Source of the DNA: an uncultured Methanomassiliicoccaceae archaeon
GTDB lineage: Archaea > Thermoplasmatota > Thermoplasmata > Methanomassiliicoccales > JACIVX01
Reading direction: 5' to 3'
Assembly: GCA_964544915.1 (NCBI GenBank)
Contig: CAZJDY010000015.1
Span: 1,248-65,247, forward strand
DNA: 64,000 bases
Below, in pieces: positions 1 through 9,569 of the stretch. The notes below the pieces were generated by a model. The model was not told the DNA's origin. It did not search any database and was given only the letters and a program-made list of their open reading frames with translations. A program made the position numbers and the translations under genes. Position 1 is the stretch's first letter, and each line of letters begins with the position of its first letter.

Positions 1-560
1 TTCGTTCCAAGTATCTTTGAGATATTGGCCGAGAAACGATTGAGCGCTTTGCCCCTAGCTGTCAACAATCGCCAAGCTTCTTCCTTCGTTGTTGCCTTCT
101 GATCGAAAGTCAATGTAATGAGCAGTAAATGGGTGTCCCTGACCAAATTGCGAGCATGAGGGACCGGATAGTCCCAATCAAGCTTCTTCAAGCCATGATG
201 GATTTCTGAGGCCTTCTTGCGCTTGTTCTTAGCATAGGCAGGATTACCTCGCTTCGGCGATAGCACCTCTGTGAACTCACCAGTCTCATTATTGACCAGA
301 TTGACGTAACATTCCTCCTCAATCCACCCCAGGAATGTCTCGACCATATCTCTCTCGTCAAGTCGGACAAGACCATCGTGCAACAAGCCCAAGACATCCG
401 GACTGTCATAGACCCATTTCGCCTCGCTCCCGTACCCCGCGAGACGCTTTGCGTCTCTTGGTGACAGGTCTATACGAGAACCCTTGCGTTTGCCCTTCCG
501 GGCCAATAACAGATCCGCAACGGTCCTGGGCACTTCACTTGCCCCCAAGACCGTCACCAT
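1..560 (-). CDS. Partial ORF open to the left window edge; hypothetical, possibly a mobile-element replication (rolling-circle Rep-like) protein
   Basis: My own minus-strand translation from ATG 560-558 (in-frame TAG at 578-576) stays open to base 1: MVTVLGASEVPRTVADLLLARKGKRKG...DTHLLLITLTFDQKATTKEEAWRLLTARGKALNRFS. It is absent from the ORF track because there is no stop in the window. ITLTF resembles RCR Rep motif 1, but motifs 2 and 3 would lie outside the window. Confidence 0.35.
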   Translation of the reverse strand, partial: MVTVLGASEVPRTVADLLLARKGKRKGSRIDLSPRDAKRLAGYGSEAKWVYDSPDVLGLLHDGLVRLDERDMVETFLGWIEEECYVNLVNNETGEFTEVLSPKRGNPAYAKNKRKKASEIHHGLKKLDWDYPVPHARNLVRDTHLLLITLTFDQKATTKEEAWRLLTARGKALNRFSANISKILGT

Positions 561-796
561 CAAGATCGTCGAGTTCTACCCGCTCATCACATTCTCTTTC
601 ACAGACGAAAAAATAAGAGAAAAGGGTTTGTGCAATTACCCTTTTAATTGAAGTCAAAAAATAATTGTCTGGGTAAGCAGTGATTCGAGGGCCTTCCCCC
701 GCACATTCATTCTTGCATTTGATTGCTTGAACTTCTCCCTAGAATCGCTTGCTGAGGTGGGATGCGATCACGAAGCTCGCTCTGCAGAAAGACGAT

Positions 797-1069
797 TCAG
801 TTCTTCCTGATGACGTTCGTCTCCTCTTTCTCCAAGTATGGCGTACTGCACATCGGGCACACGTGAGATTCTGCTCCCTCTTGTTTGAACCACGAGTGAC
901 CGCATCGCTTGCATTCTATTCTTGACACTCTCACATCTTCCAAGTTTGCGCTCGGAATCATATTGATCGTGTTGTTTCTTGGGAGTAGGCCGTAATCAAT
1001 CCTTCTGGTCCTCCGGACAACGAATCGGAGCGCAATATCCATCCAGTTCCTGATCTCACTGGCCTCCAA
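797..1069 (-). CDS. Small zinc-ribbon protein
   Basis: ORF track, 90 aa. C-terminal CKRCGHSW...CPMCSTPY four-Cys ribbon. No family recognised. Confidence 0.4.
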   Translation of the reverse strand: MEASEIRNWMDIALRFVVRRTRRIDYGLLPRNNTINMIPSANLEDVRVSRIECKRCGHSWFKQEGAESHVCPMCSTPYLEKEETNVIRKN

Positions 1070-1126
1070 GACAGCTTCTAGGAGGCGAGTTCCCTATTCC
1101 GTGTTTACGGAATGGCATCGATGAGG

Positions 1127-1291
1127 TCAGGCTACAATCTTCTCGAACATGTCCTTCTCGGCGCCGCATGTCGGGCATACCCAGCCATCTGGAAGGTCTT
1201 CGAAAGCCGTCCCCGGCGCGATTCCTGCGTCCTCATCCCCGATGGCCGGATCGTAGACATAGTCGCAAAGCGTGCACTTCCATTTGTTCAT
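1127..1291 (-). CDS. rub: Rubredoxin
   Basis: [15 protein letters not shown]...[12 protein letters not shown] has the two CxxCG knuckles of rubredoxin. I start at the internal ATG 1291 rather than the ORF-track start 1309. Confidence 0.9.
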   Translation of the reverse strand: MNKWKCTLCDYVYDPAIGDEDAGIAPGTAFEDLPDGWVCPTCGAEKDMFEKIVA

Positions 1292-1390
1292 TTCACCCCT
1301 CCTTTGCAATCCTTGAACTGTTCTTGTCGCTCAGTGAGTCTGTTGCTGTTTCTTGCCATCTGGGCACTTCCCGCCGCTCGCCCATCATCC

Positions 1391-1939
1391 TCATCCTGAC
1401 TTCTCGCTCTTCTCGGTTTTCTCGACGACCGCCTTGTACTTGTCGTGAATCATCTTCCTGTCGAACTCGGAAAACTCCTTCAACATGGCGTCCTTCTCTT
1501 CCCTGCTGAAGTAAGCCATGCATGGGACGAAGAAGCGCTTGTCTTCTTTCTGGATGTGCTTGGGGTATAGGTCGGTGAGGGCCTTCAGTCTCTTTGCTAT
1601 TTCGTCCGCGGCGCTCTGGTCATCCATCGAATAACTAAGCCTGGAATTGAATAGTGCTCCGACGTTCTGCCGCGCATAGACGTGTTCCTGGAGCAACTCG
1701 TCCATTATTGTCCTGTGTTCTTGGGCGAGCTTCTTCTTCGCCAGGTCCCTGAACAAAATGTCCTCCTCCTTCCCGTGATGGCATCTGTCAGCGTAGGTCC
1801 TGAGGAAGTCGACGGCAGTATCGATGAAGAATACGTCCACCTTGCATGTTTCCTCGATATTGCGCAATTCCCCTTGCATCAATAGAACCATTCGTTCGAT
1901 CAACCTGTGCTCGACCATTAGTGGACCTGCCGGCATCAT
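1391..1939 (-). CDS. Hemerythrin-like (HHE cation-binding) domain protein
   Basis: 182 aa. VEHRLIERM...DRCHHGKEEDILF...HIQKEDKRFF match His/Glu-rich hemerythrin-like motifs. Adjacent to rubredoxin. Confidence 0.7.
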   Translation of the reverse strand: MMPAGPLMVEHRLIERMVLLMQGELRNIEETCKVDVFFIDTAVDFLRTYADRCHHGKEEDILFRDLAKKKLAQEHRTIMDELLQEHVYARQNVGALFNSRLSYSMDDQSAADEIAKRLKALTDLYPKHIQKEDKRFFVPCMAYFSREEKDAMLKEFSEFDRKMIHDKYKAVVEKTEKSEKSG

Positions 1940-2565
1940 ATTCGGATCACCAGGGAGACCTTCTTAACGCAAAGAGAGACTAGACCCTATTTGTTACTTT
2001 CGAGGCTATGATGATGCTCCTGGGCTGGTCTGGATGGACCTCTGCTTGAAAACTTCTCGCCCCACGAAAGAAGGTTCGATTGTGTCGAAACGACTGATCC
2101 TATACTAAGATACGGGGCACTGGGGGAATACGTCTGCGGGGTAGTCACGGGCGTGGCCGAGTCGGATATGGACGCGAGGGGATTCTCGTAGAAAGTGAGG
2201 TCATGTCCATGTCACTTCATGTCCTGGACTGCTCAGAAGTCTTCTCGACTTTCGTCGTGCAGGCCGACAGAAGGCGGTGGTTTGAGTATCCTGCCAAGAA
2301 TCCCGCTTCTATGGGGTTTGACACGGCCTTGGTGCAGACTATCGAAGACACGAGAAGCATGGCAGGCCTTGAACCGAACATACCCGAACTCTAGCTGGAT
2401 GCGCCTCCCTTTGGCGCGGATTGCGGCAAATACAAGGTCCTAGGTGAATACGGGTGTCACGGATGTCCTGCCACCAACGCAGCGGAATCATTTGCCTAGC
2501 GATCGGACGAAACTTGTTGGCAAGGATGACTTTGCACCGAGGGCAGTATTATCGTAGCTGATAAT

Positions 2566-3195
2566 TTGCTGCTAGGGAGTTTTATGTTTGTCACCTATCG
2601 AAAACCGATAAACCTTGGAGAACAGCGGCAGAAAGCACAAGCGAAGGAGGGTGGGGCACTGCTAGCGATCGCCCACCTGTTCGTTGTGATGCTGCTCATC
2701 AGGCAGCTCGACCTCGACAGGAATGAGGCCATGGTCGGCATGCTTTTCGGCGTCTTCATCGACATTGACCACCTCCTGGGCATTCCAGATTTCATAAGCG
2801 CGAACGGTGCAGGCAACCTGGCGAACCCAGAGTCGCTTCTCAACTCGGGTATTCAGTGGAAGTCGACGCTTCACAGTCCGATCGCCGTGCTAGTCGTCGC
2901 TCCAGCCTCGGTCGCATTCCGTTTCGCCATTCCCCTGTCATTCTGGGGCATACACATCCTGATGGACACAGTCCAGATCGAGTATCTTGGCATTGCATCG
3001 TTTGCAGAGATTGTCTTGATCGGACTCCTGTTCCTTGCAATGATGTGGACGGAGCTTCGCGTTTTCAACACGCAGCATCATGACTATGAGAGGTCGACTG
3101 GCAAGTTCGTTTCATGGGAGATGAAGAGGATCACTTGGGTCCTGAACAGCGTCAACCCACTGAGCAAGACGAAGACCTCCAGTAGCACAGCTTAG
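2566..3195 (+). CDS. Integral membrane protein, possibly DUF457/YdjM-like metal-dependent hydrolase
   Basis: 209 aa, several hydrophobic helices, FIDIDHLLG motif. TTG start uncertain. Confidence 0.4.
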   Translation: MLLGSFMFVTYRKPINLGEQRQKAQAKEGGALLAIAHLFVVMLLIRQLDLDRNEAMVGMLFGVFIDIDHLLGIPDFISANGAGNLANPESLLNSGIQWKSTLHSPIAVLVVAPASVAFRFAIPLSFWGIHILMDTVQIEYLGIASFAEIVLIGLLFLAMMWTELRVFNTQHHDYERSTGKFVSWEMKRITWVLNSVNPLSKTKTSSSTA

Positions 3196-4190
3196 ACTTC
3201 CTCCAACAGTCCGATCAGCGCTTCGGTGTACGAGGCGGTCTCATGCTTCCCACCGACGTCCTGTGTCCTGATGCCTCTCTCTAGACCGAGTCGGATCACT
3301 TTCTCGATCCTTCCTGCTTCAACACGCTCTCCTAGGTACCTCAACATCATCGCAGTAGATAGCATGGCGGCCACGGGATTGGCTATCCCCGTGCCCGCGA
3401 TATCCGGCGCAGAGCCATGGGACGGCTCGAAGATGGCGTACCGGTCCCCTATGTTGCCAGAGGGACCGAAACCAAGGCCGCCCACCAACGCGGCAGCCTC
3501 GTCCGATAGTACGTCCCCGTAAAGGTTCAGGGTCACAACGCAATCGAGCTCTCTCGGCTTGAGGACCAGGGCGGCGGCAGCGGCATCAACAAGCATCTCC
3601 TGGGCGTCGAGTCCCGTTCCCTCGGTCTCTTCGAAGAAAACCCTCCGGAAGAGACCGTCCGAGATCCTCATCGCGTTCGCCTTGTGCACGCAGGTAATCC
3701 TCTTCCTCCCCTCGTTCAGACATAGCTCTACTGCGAATCTCACGATCCTTCTGCTCGCCTTTTCGGTCACCCGTCTTTCTAGCGTGACTCCATCGCTGTC
3801 CTCGCGCTCGATCCCAGTGTACATCCCTTCGGTGTTCTCTCTGACGATCGCTATGTCCAGGTCCACGAGTCCGATGGATGGGTGGAGGCGCTTCACCGGA
3901 CGGACGTTCGCGTAAAGGTCGAAATGCTTCCTCAGAAACAGAATGGAGGGACCGTGCTTCCGGTCCAGGGGCGTCGTCACCGCCCCGAACAAGCACGCGT
4001 CGCTCTGTTCGAGCGCCTGCATGGTCTCCCCAGGGATGAAGCGTCCGGTCTTATTGTAGCACTCCAGACCCATTTTCGCCGGTATGAGCTCCAGGTCCAC
4101 GTTCAGGTTCTCGAGGAGCCTTACTGCGGACGAAATCACCTCCGGGCCGATTCCATCCCCGCCGATGACAGCGACTTTCTTCAAGATCAT
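3192..4190 (-). CDS. Isocitrate/isopropylmalate dehydrogenase family (LeuB/AksF-like beta-decarboxylating dehydrogenase)
   Basis: MILKKVAVIGGDGIGPEV...NLYGDVLSDEAAALVGGLG...FEPSHGSAPDIAG are classic family motifs. Substrate not assignable by eye. Confidence 0.85.
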   Translation of the reverse strand: MILKKVAVIGGDGIGPEVISSAVRLLENLNVDLELIPAKMGLECYNKTGRFIPGETMQALEQSDACLFGAVTTPLDRKHGPSILFLRKHFDLYANVRPVKRLHPSIGLVDLDIAIVRENTEGMYTGIEREDSDGVTLERRVTEKASRRIVRFAVELCLNEGRKRITCVHKANAMRISDGLFRRVFFEETEGTGLDAQEMLVDAAAAALVLKPRELDCVVTLNLYGDVLSDEAAALVGGLGFGPSGNIGDRYAIFEPSHGSAPDIAGTGIANPVAAMLSTAMMLRYLGERVEAGRIEKVIRLGLERGIRTQDVGGKHETASYTEALIGLLEEV

Positions 4191-5125
4191 ACCCCGATGC
4201 GTTCAAGAATGCTCGCGACTATGATCGGAAGAGTGATCGTCGCATCTCCCTCGACGGTGATCTGGTCGGCAGAGGCCTTCACTTTCCCCCACGAGACGGC
4301 CTCACGCACCCTCGCTCCCGAAAGACTTCCGTCGTATTCCTCTGCGGTCGTCAGGTAAACCGCATGGTCGAGACCGTCGCGGAATTGGTTCCACCATATT
4401 ACGTGGTGTTTCGAGATTCCCCCTCCGACTATGATCGCTCCGGTTTCCTTCGCCTCGAATATGATGTCCGAAATGTCCTGTTCGTCCTTGAAGAGATCGA
4501 TCTTCAGATTTCTGTGGGTCTGCCAGTACATCCACAGTTGACTGCCAAAAGATCCGTCCGTGATTCCGGGAACGAACATCGGTACCCTATTCCTGTGACA
4601 CCAGTAGAGCAACGAGCTTTTGTCTTCCATCCTCGATCCGACGGCATCGATCAGTTCCCTCGTTGAGATTGATTCCTTTTCCTTCAATATCTCCCCGAAC
4701 ATCGGGATCAATCGTTTCTCCAGTATCAAGCCGTAGCTGTCGTCCGGGACCAGGACGTTCCCAAGCCTGCTGACCCTCCTCCTCCTGAGCTTCGCGTCGT
4801 CCATACAGAAGTCGCCGTGATAATAGTCCTTCCAGGTGCGGGCGAGATCGTGGTCGAGGGTCCCGCACGTCGTTATGATAACGTCTACTAGACGCCTCTT
4901 GACCAGCTCGACGATGACGCCCCTGGTACCAGTGGCCATTATGCACGCGGGGAATGAAAGGAAGGTCGTGCAATCCTCCCTCCGGGCCATGCCCTCGACA
5001 ATGTCGATGGCGTCGGCAAGTTTCCTCGAAGTGAAGCCGCCCGACTCCTTCATCTGTCTCACGAGCGAGTCCACTGTCATCGGCGCCTTAATCTTGATGT
5101 CTTTGACTGTCCTTTTCTCGTCCAT
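4187..5125 (-). CDS. dys: Deoxyhypusine synthase
   Basis: 312 aa. FLSFPACIMATGTRG...ITTCGTLDHDL...GGGISKHH pattern of DHS. 4-nt overlap with the downstream dehydrogenase gene. Confidence 0.85.
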   Translation of the reverse strand: MDEKRTVKDIKIKAPMTVDSLVRQMKESGGFTSRKLADAIDIVEGMARREDCTTFLSFPACIMATGTRGVIVELVKRRLVDVIITTCGTLDHDLARTWKDYYHGDFCMDDAKLRRRRVSRLGNVLVPDDSYGLILEKRLIPMFGEILKEKESISTRELIDAVGSRMEDKSSLLYWCHRNRVPMFVPGITDGSFGSQLWMYWQTHRNLKIDLFKDEQDISDIIFEAKETGAIIVGGGISKHHVIWWNQFRDGLDHAVYLTTAEEYDGSLSGARVREAVSWGKVKASADQITVEGDATITLPIIVASILERIGV

Positions 5126-5230
5126 AATGTCATCTCTTTCCCAGCGGTTTCCACTGAGTCCAAACAGTTACAAATAGAAAAATATTAGGATGATCGGAGA
5201 TCAGGAACGGGCAACCATCATCTTGCGGAT

Positions 5231-5607
5231 ATGGATTGTCATGATCTTGATCGTCATCGGTGTGAGGGGAGAGTCGCCAACATAATTCGTCAGCTGGCGC
5301 AGAGGACAATGGTCCAGAAGGCCTTGCATGAATCAAGGGAAATGCACAGGATGCTGGTCAGCGCCCCTCCGGACACGGTGTTCGTTTTCGATCTGAACGG
5401 AACAACCAGATGCGCATCGGACAGCGCGGTCACGGATCGATCCTCGTGAGGGAGATCCTCGGTATAACTGGAATGACCGTATCGGGGTGCGGTGAACCTG
5501 AGAATGGCGCGAGATCCGAGATCAAGGTCCCGAGAGGCAGCTACAGATTCACATGGATTGTGAGCCACAGCTGCCATTTCTGGATGAATAAGCATAGGTA
5601 TCGGTGA
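5231..5607 (+). pseudogene. Possible frameshifted PAS-domain remnant
   Basis: ORF 5231-5449 ends ...HRMLVSAPPDTVFVFDLNGTTRCASDSAV, which resembles the start of a PAS core. A second frame (5410-5607) continues GSILVREILGITGMTV...EIKVPRGSYRFTWIV. Together they look like one PAS domain split by an indel near 5440. No output domain. Confidence 0.3.
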
Positions 5608-5686
5608 GCCTTCTTCCTCGCCGTCCCCAGTCCAAGATTTGTAGAAAAACCTAAGTAGGGACATTCTTTACTGAAAGGAGACTTCT

Positions 5687-6628
5687 TTGAAAAAGGTAAA
5701 TGCTGCCTTGTTGTCCATTGTGAGCAATTCGTGTCTCGTCGTGATGAAGCTGGTAGCGGGCCTTATGATGTTCTCTGTCAGCGTGCTGTCAGAGGCAGTA
5801 CACTCGATGATGGATCTGATAGCGGCTATCATCGCCAACTATTCTATTAGGAAGGCCGTGAAGCCCCCAGACAAGGAGCACGCCTATGGACATGGCAAAT
5901 ACGAGAATGTTGCCGGTGTGATCGAGGCCCTGCTGATATTCTTCGCCGCTGCGATCATAATATATGAATCCTTTCTGAAGATCCTCATCAGCTCCCCGGT
6001 CGAATTCCTAGAGATCGGCATCATCATCATGGGCATCTCCACGGTAGTCAATTTCTTCGTTTCCAGGTACCTGTCGAAGGTCGCCGAGGACGAGGACTCG
6101 ATAGCGCTTGAGGCCGATTCGATGCATCTGAAGACAGATGTGCTGACATCCCTTGGGGTGTTCGTCGGACTGATAGTGATCAACCTGACAAACCTCAGGA
6201 TACTTGACCCCATCATAGCGATCGCGGTCGCGGTTCTCATAATCAGGGCGGCCTACAGACTCACGAAGGAATCGAGCAAGGGTCTAGTCGATGAGAAACT
6301 GCCGTCGGAGGAAGAGATGGTCATAAAGAACGTCCTGTTGGAGCACATGCCCGAGTTTGTCGAGTTCCACGGTCTCCGGACGAGGAAGGGAGGGGACCAG
6401 AGGTTCATCGACCTCCATTTGGTGATGAAGGCCGACACGAGCGTCGAGGACTCACACAAGGTCGCTGATCATCTCGAGCATGAGATCAAGAAGAGGCTCC
6501 CCCACACGAGCGTTCTGATACACGTGGAGCCATGCGACTGGCGCAACTGCCCACTTTCGGACGACAACAAGTTCATCGAGATCGAAGACCGATCGAAGGG
6601 AAAATCGAAGGATAAGAGAAAGATCTAG
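5687..6628 (+). CDS. Cation diffusion facilitator (CDF) metal efflux transporter
   Basis: 313 aa. SEAVHSMMDLIA...HAYGHGKYE...DSMHLKTDVLTS and a C-terminal cytoplasmic domain are typical of CzcD/FieF. Confidence 0.85.
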   Translation: MKKVNAALLSIVSNSCLVVMKLVAGLMMFSVSVLSEAVHSMMDLIAAIIANYSIRKAVKPPDKEHAYGHGKYENVAGVIEALLIFFAAAIIIYESFLKILISSPVEFLEIGIIIMGISTVVNFFVSRYLSKVAEDEDSIALEADSMHLKTDVLTSLGVFVGLIVINLTNLRILDPIIAIAVAVLIIRAAYRLTKESSKGLVDEKLPSEEEMVIKNVLLEHMPEFVEFHGLRTRKGGDQRFIDLHLVMKADTSVEDSHKVADHLEHEIKKRLPHTSVLIHVEPCDWRNCPLSDDNKFIEIEDRSKGKSKDKRKI

Positions 6629-6676
6629 CAGGTCGCTCCCCGATGATCCTGGACTGAGCTTCGAGTTCAAGTCCGC

Positions 6677-7903
6677 TTGAATTCATGCGTTCTAATATAT
6701 ACTGAAAAAGGCGTTTTGGGCTCGTTGCCTGACGCTAAGCGGTGGGCGGTCTATCTGGGTGCGTTCATAGGTCCACTCTCCGGAAACGCTGTCCTAGCGT
6801 TGGTCCCGACCCTCAAAACTGAGTTCAACACGACGGCACCTGGGGTCCTAGTCTCCATTTCCTTCTTTATGATCCCCTTCGCCTTCTTCACACTCTTCTC
6901 CGGCGCGATATCAGACGTCTACGACAGGAAGAAGACCGTGGCGGCCGGCTTCACCATCTACGCGATTGGGAGTCTGACATGCGCGGCGAGCGTGGACCTG
7001 AACATGTTCCTTCTGTCGAGGATGGTGCAAGGACTCGGGTACGGATTCGTTAACCCAGTGCTCGTCGCGATCCTCGGCGACATTACCCCGTTCAAGGACA
7101 GAGGGAAGGCGATGGGCTACCTCGGAGCGGCCACGACGACCGGCATCGCCCTCGGACCGTTCGTTGCAGGGTTCATCGCCATCATCAACTGGCGATTCGT
7201 ATTCATCGTCGTCGCCACGCTAGTCCTCCTTATCGGAGTGTTCTTCTCCCTGGCCTTTAGGGGCGCGACCTTCGAGAGAGGGGAAGGAGGATTCACAATG
7301 GTACTTAAGAATCTTGGGAGGACCGCCAGACAAAGGAGCGTTGTCCTCCTTTCTCTCGCAGGCTTCATGACATTCATGTGCTACGTCGCCACCCTGTCGT
7401 TCATCTCCGACACCCTGTCTCTCGATCCACTCTCCTTGTCAGAAAGTGACATCGGAATCGTAATGGCGACAACCGGTGTCGCGGGAATAGTCGCGGCGCC
7501 GATGGGAGGGAAGATGGTCGATCGATTTGGGAGGTACGTGACCGCGACGATAGGTTTTGTCATCATTATCTTAGCCTTCTCACTTCTCACCTTCTCTTCG
7601 ACCGTTGGCCACCATACAGGTTCATTGGCTGTCCTCGGTGTCGGCACCGCCATTACGTGGTCAGCTCTCCTAACTCTGACTGTCGAGGTGCTGCCGAAGC
7701 AGAGGGGAACGACGTCCTCTTTGTTCAATGGGGCGCGGTTCTTTGGATACGCCCTTGCTCCTCTGATCTTCGCTCCGGTGTATATCTCGTTGGGGATTCA
7801 CTCGATCTACTACGCGAGCATCGCCCTGGCAGCAGTGGCAATGGTGGTCACGTTGCTCATAAGGCTGAATCACCGAGAGCCGCGTTTCACGGAATCCCAA
7901 TAG
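6677..7903 (+). CDS. MFS transporter
   Basis: 408 aa, about 12 predicted helices, SDVYDRKK loop motif between TM2 and TM3. Confidence 0.75.
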   Translation: MNSCVLIYTEKGVLGSLPDAKRWAVYLGAFIGPLSGNAVLALVPTLKTEFNTTAPGVLVSISFFMIPFAFFTLFSGAISDVYDRKKTVAAGFTIYAIGSLTCAASVDLNMFLLSRMVQGLGYGFVNPVLVAILGDITPFKDRGKAMGYLGAATTTGIALGPFVAGFIAIINWRFVFIVVATLVLLIGVFFSLAFRGATFERGEGGFTMVLKNLGRTARQRSVVLLSLAGFMTFMCYVATLSFISDTLSLDPLSLSESDIGIVMATTGVAGIVAAPMGGKMVDRFGRYVTATIGFVIIILAFSLLTFSSTVGHHTGSLAVLGVGTAITWSALLTLTVEVLPKQRGTTSSLFNGARFFGYALAPLIFAPVYISLGIHSIYYASIALAAVAMVVTLLIRLNHREPRFTESQ

Positions 7904-8463
7904 AAAAGGATCTCGTCCAGCCGCTGATGAGATTCCACGTCCGAGAACGAGTTGTCGATCATCTCCCAGGATCCGCTGGTTAGGGACAGCACCTTCTCCC
8001 TTGTCCTTGTCAAGTGGAGGATGTCCTCAAACATCTCCTTCTTCTCCTTCCTGGCAGAGATCCTTCTAAGCGCGACCGCTGGGTCGATGTCGACAAGGAG
8101 CAACCGTTCCGGAACCGGCAGGAACTTAGCGAAGAACGTATAGCCTGTCTTGGCCAATCTCCCCGGAAGGTACGCAGTCGCCATGAGGTAGCGCACGAAG
8201 ACGATGTTATCATACTCGGCGTCTTGGCGCCTCATGATGCGAAGCGAGTTGAGTACGTCCATCATGAAGAACATCCCCGCCAGGGCTTGCATAACTCTTC
8301 CCGAGCCCTGCAGCGACCTCCTTGACAGTCTGCCGAGAAGCCGTGAGGACGGATGCATATAGATGATTGTGCTCTCCCCCCGCTTCTCGTAGTAGTCCCT
8401 TATCCAGTTGGCGTGGGTTGTCTTTCCAGATCCATCTATGCCGTCGACCACAATCCAACGCAT
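7870..8463 (-). CDS. Thymidylate kinase-like P-loop kinase
   Basis: MRWIVVDGIDGSGKTTHANWI is an N-terminal P-loop typical of dTMP kinase family. 197 aa. Confidence 0.6.
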   Translation of the reverse strand: MRWIVVDGIDGSGKTTHANWIRDYYEKRGESTIIYMHPSSRLLGRLSRRSLQGSGRVMQALAGMFFMMDVLNSLRIMRRQDAEYDNIVFVRYLMATAYLPGRLAKTGYTFFAKFLPVPERLLLVDIDPAVALRRISARKEKKEMFEDILHLTRTREKVLSLTSGSWEMIDNSFSDVESHQRLDEILFYWDSVKRGSR

Positions 8464-8466
8464 CGG

Positions 8467-9171
8467 TCACAACCCCACTAGGACGAACACTCCTGCTGTC
8501 AGGAGCGGGATGACCAGGTTGTCGTACTCACCCGGTGTCACCAACTCCACCATGGCGACGAAGGCGCCCGAGAAGATCGCTACTCCCAACGCGGCGAAGG
8601 GGTCAAGCGAGAACGTCCCGAACGCCCCGCTGCTCGCAAGGAACTGATAGAATAGGAGCACGGCGATCGTGGCTATGACGGTCGCCGTGAAGACCGCTGC
8701 CGTCCCTTCCAGAGTCTTCTCCCTCAGGATCTTCCTCTTCCCGTATCTCTTTCCGATCAGACCCCCGAAGCCATCGCCGTACGACATTGCGACTATGGCG
8801 ATCGATGCGATCATCCTCTTGTCGAAAAGGAAGAATGCGAGGATCGTCCACGATATCGCGTAGTACACTAGGCCGAGACCGTGGCTCTCGCCGGTCGTCT
8901 CTCCGAGGAATGAGGTTCGCAGTCTGCATACCGGTGAAAGCGGAGAAACGAGCAGTAGCAAGGGGATAAAGGGAGCGGCCGCGAGGAACGCCATTATGTA
9001 CGGCGAATCGAACATCCACCAGAGAAGTACGATGTTGCCGATGAGTATGTGTATGACCTTCCGATGGATGCCTCCGATACTCTTCTTCTTGACCAATCTT
9101 GAGATCAAGACCACCAGGACTACGTAGCTGTAAACAGAGAAGAGCCCGGTAAGATCCCCACCGCTCAGCAT
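8467..9171 (-). CDS. Polyprenol/dolichol kinase or CDP-alcohol (CdsA) family membrane protein
   Basis: 234 aa, polytopic. SYGDGFGGLIGKRYGKRK motif of the cytidylyltransferase/dolichol-phytol kinase family. Confidence 0.6.
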   Translation of the reverse strand: MLSGGDLTGLFSVYSYVVLVVLISRLVKKKSIGGIHRKVIHILIGNIVLLWWMFDSPYIMAFLAAAPFIPLLLLVSPLSPVCRLRTSFLGETTGESHGLGLVYYAISWTILAFFLFDKRMIASIAIVAMSYGDGFGGLIGKRYGKRKILREKTLEGTAAVFTATVIATIAVLLFYQFLASSGAFGTFSLDPFAALGVAIFSGAFVAMVELVTPGEYDNLVIPLLTAGVFVLVGL

Positions 9172-9569
9172 TTTATGTAGGTCAAAGCCTTACACATATA
9201 CATTGATTTCGCATCTGGCCAGTGCAGGAATTCTAAGGGAATCGTCTTCTTCGACGCGTGAGCTTCCGATTACGGTGGTCGGCCCGTCTCAAACCGGATA
9301 GTCTGCTGGAAATGCATGTAAATGGAGCCTATGAATCGGAAGAAAAGACTGGCATGAACGAGAAGGACGTCTGACTGATTCGGTCGATGATGGTGCTCGG
9401 CGATGCCACTCAGGGAGTCGCCGTGCTGCTTGATGTCAGATAGACACAGTTCGTGAGAGCCAATCTCGTTCTACTGAAGGGTCTCTGGAAGTGCTCAAGA
9501 TTCGGGGCAAGAACCGCCTGACAGGTAAGCAATCATTGGATATCACGCGGTCTGAAGGCACAGTCGTAC

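Noticed and set aside
2100-2560. RNase P RNA or SRP RNA in the ORF-free gap
   Set aside because: The GAAAGU and ACAGAA-like strings are present, but the complementary P4 strand and the GGCUUA element are absent. No SRP helix-8 GGAA/AGCA motif was seen. The region is kept only as a low-interest unassigned region.
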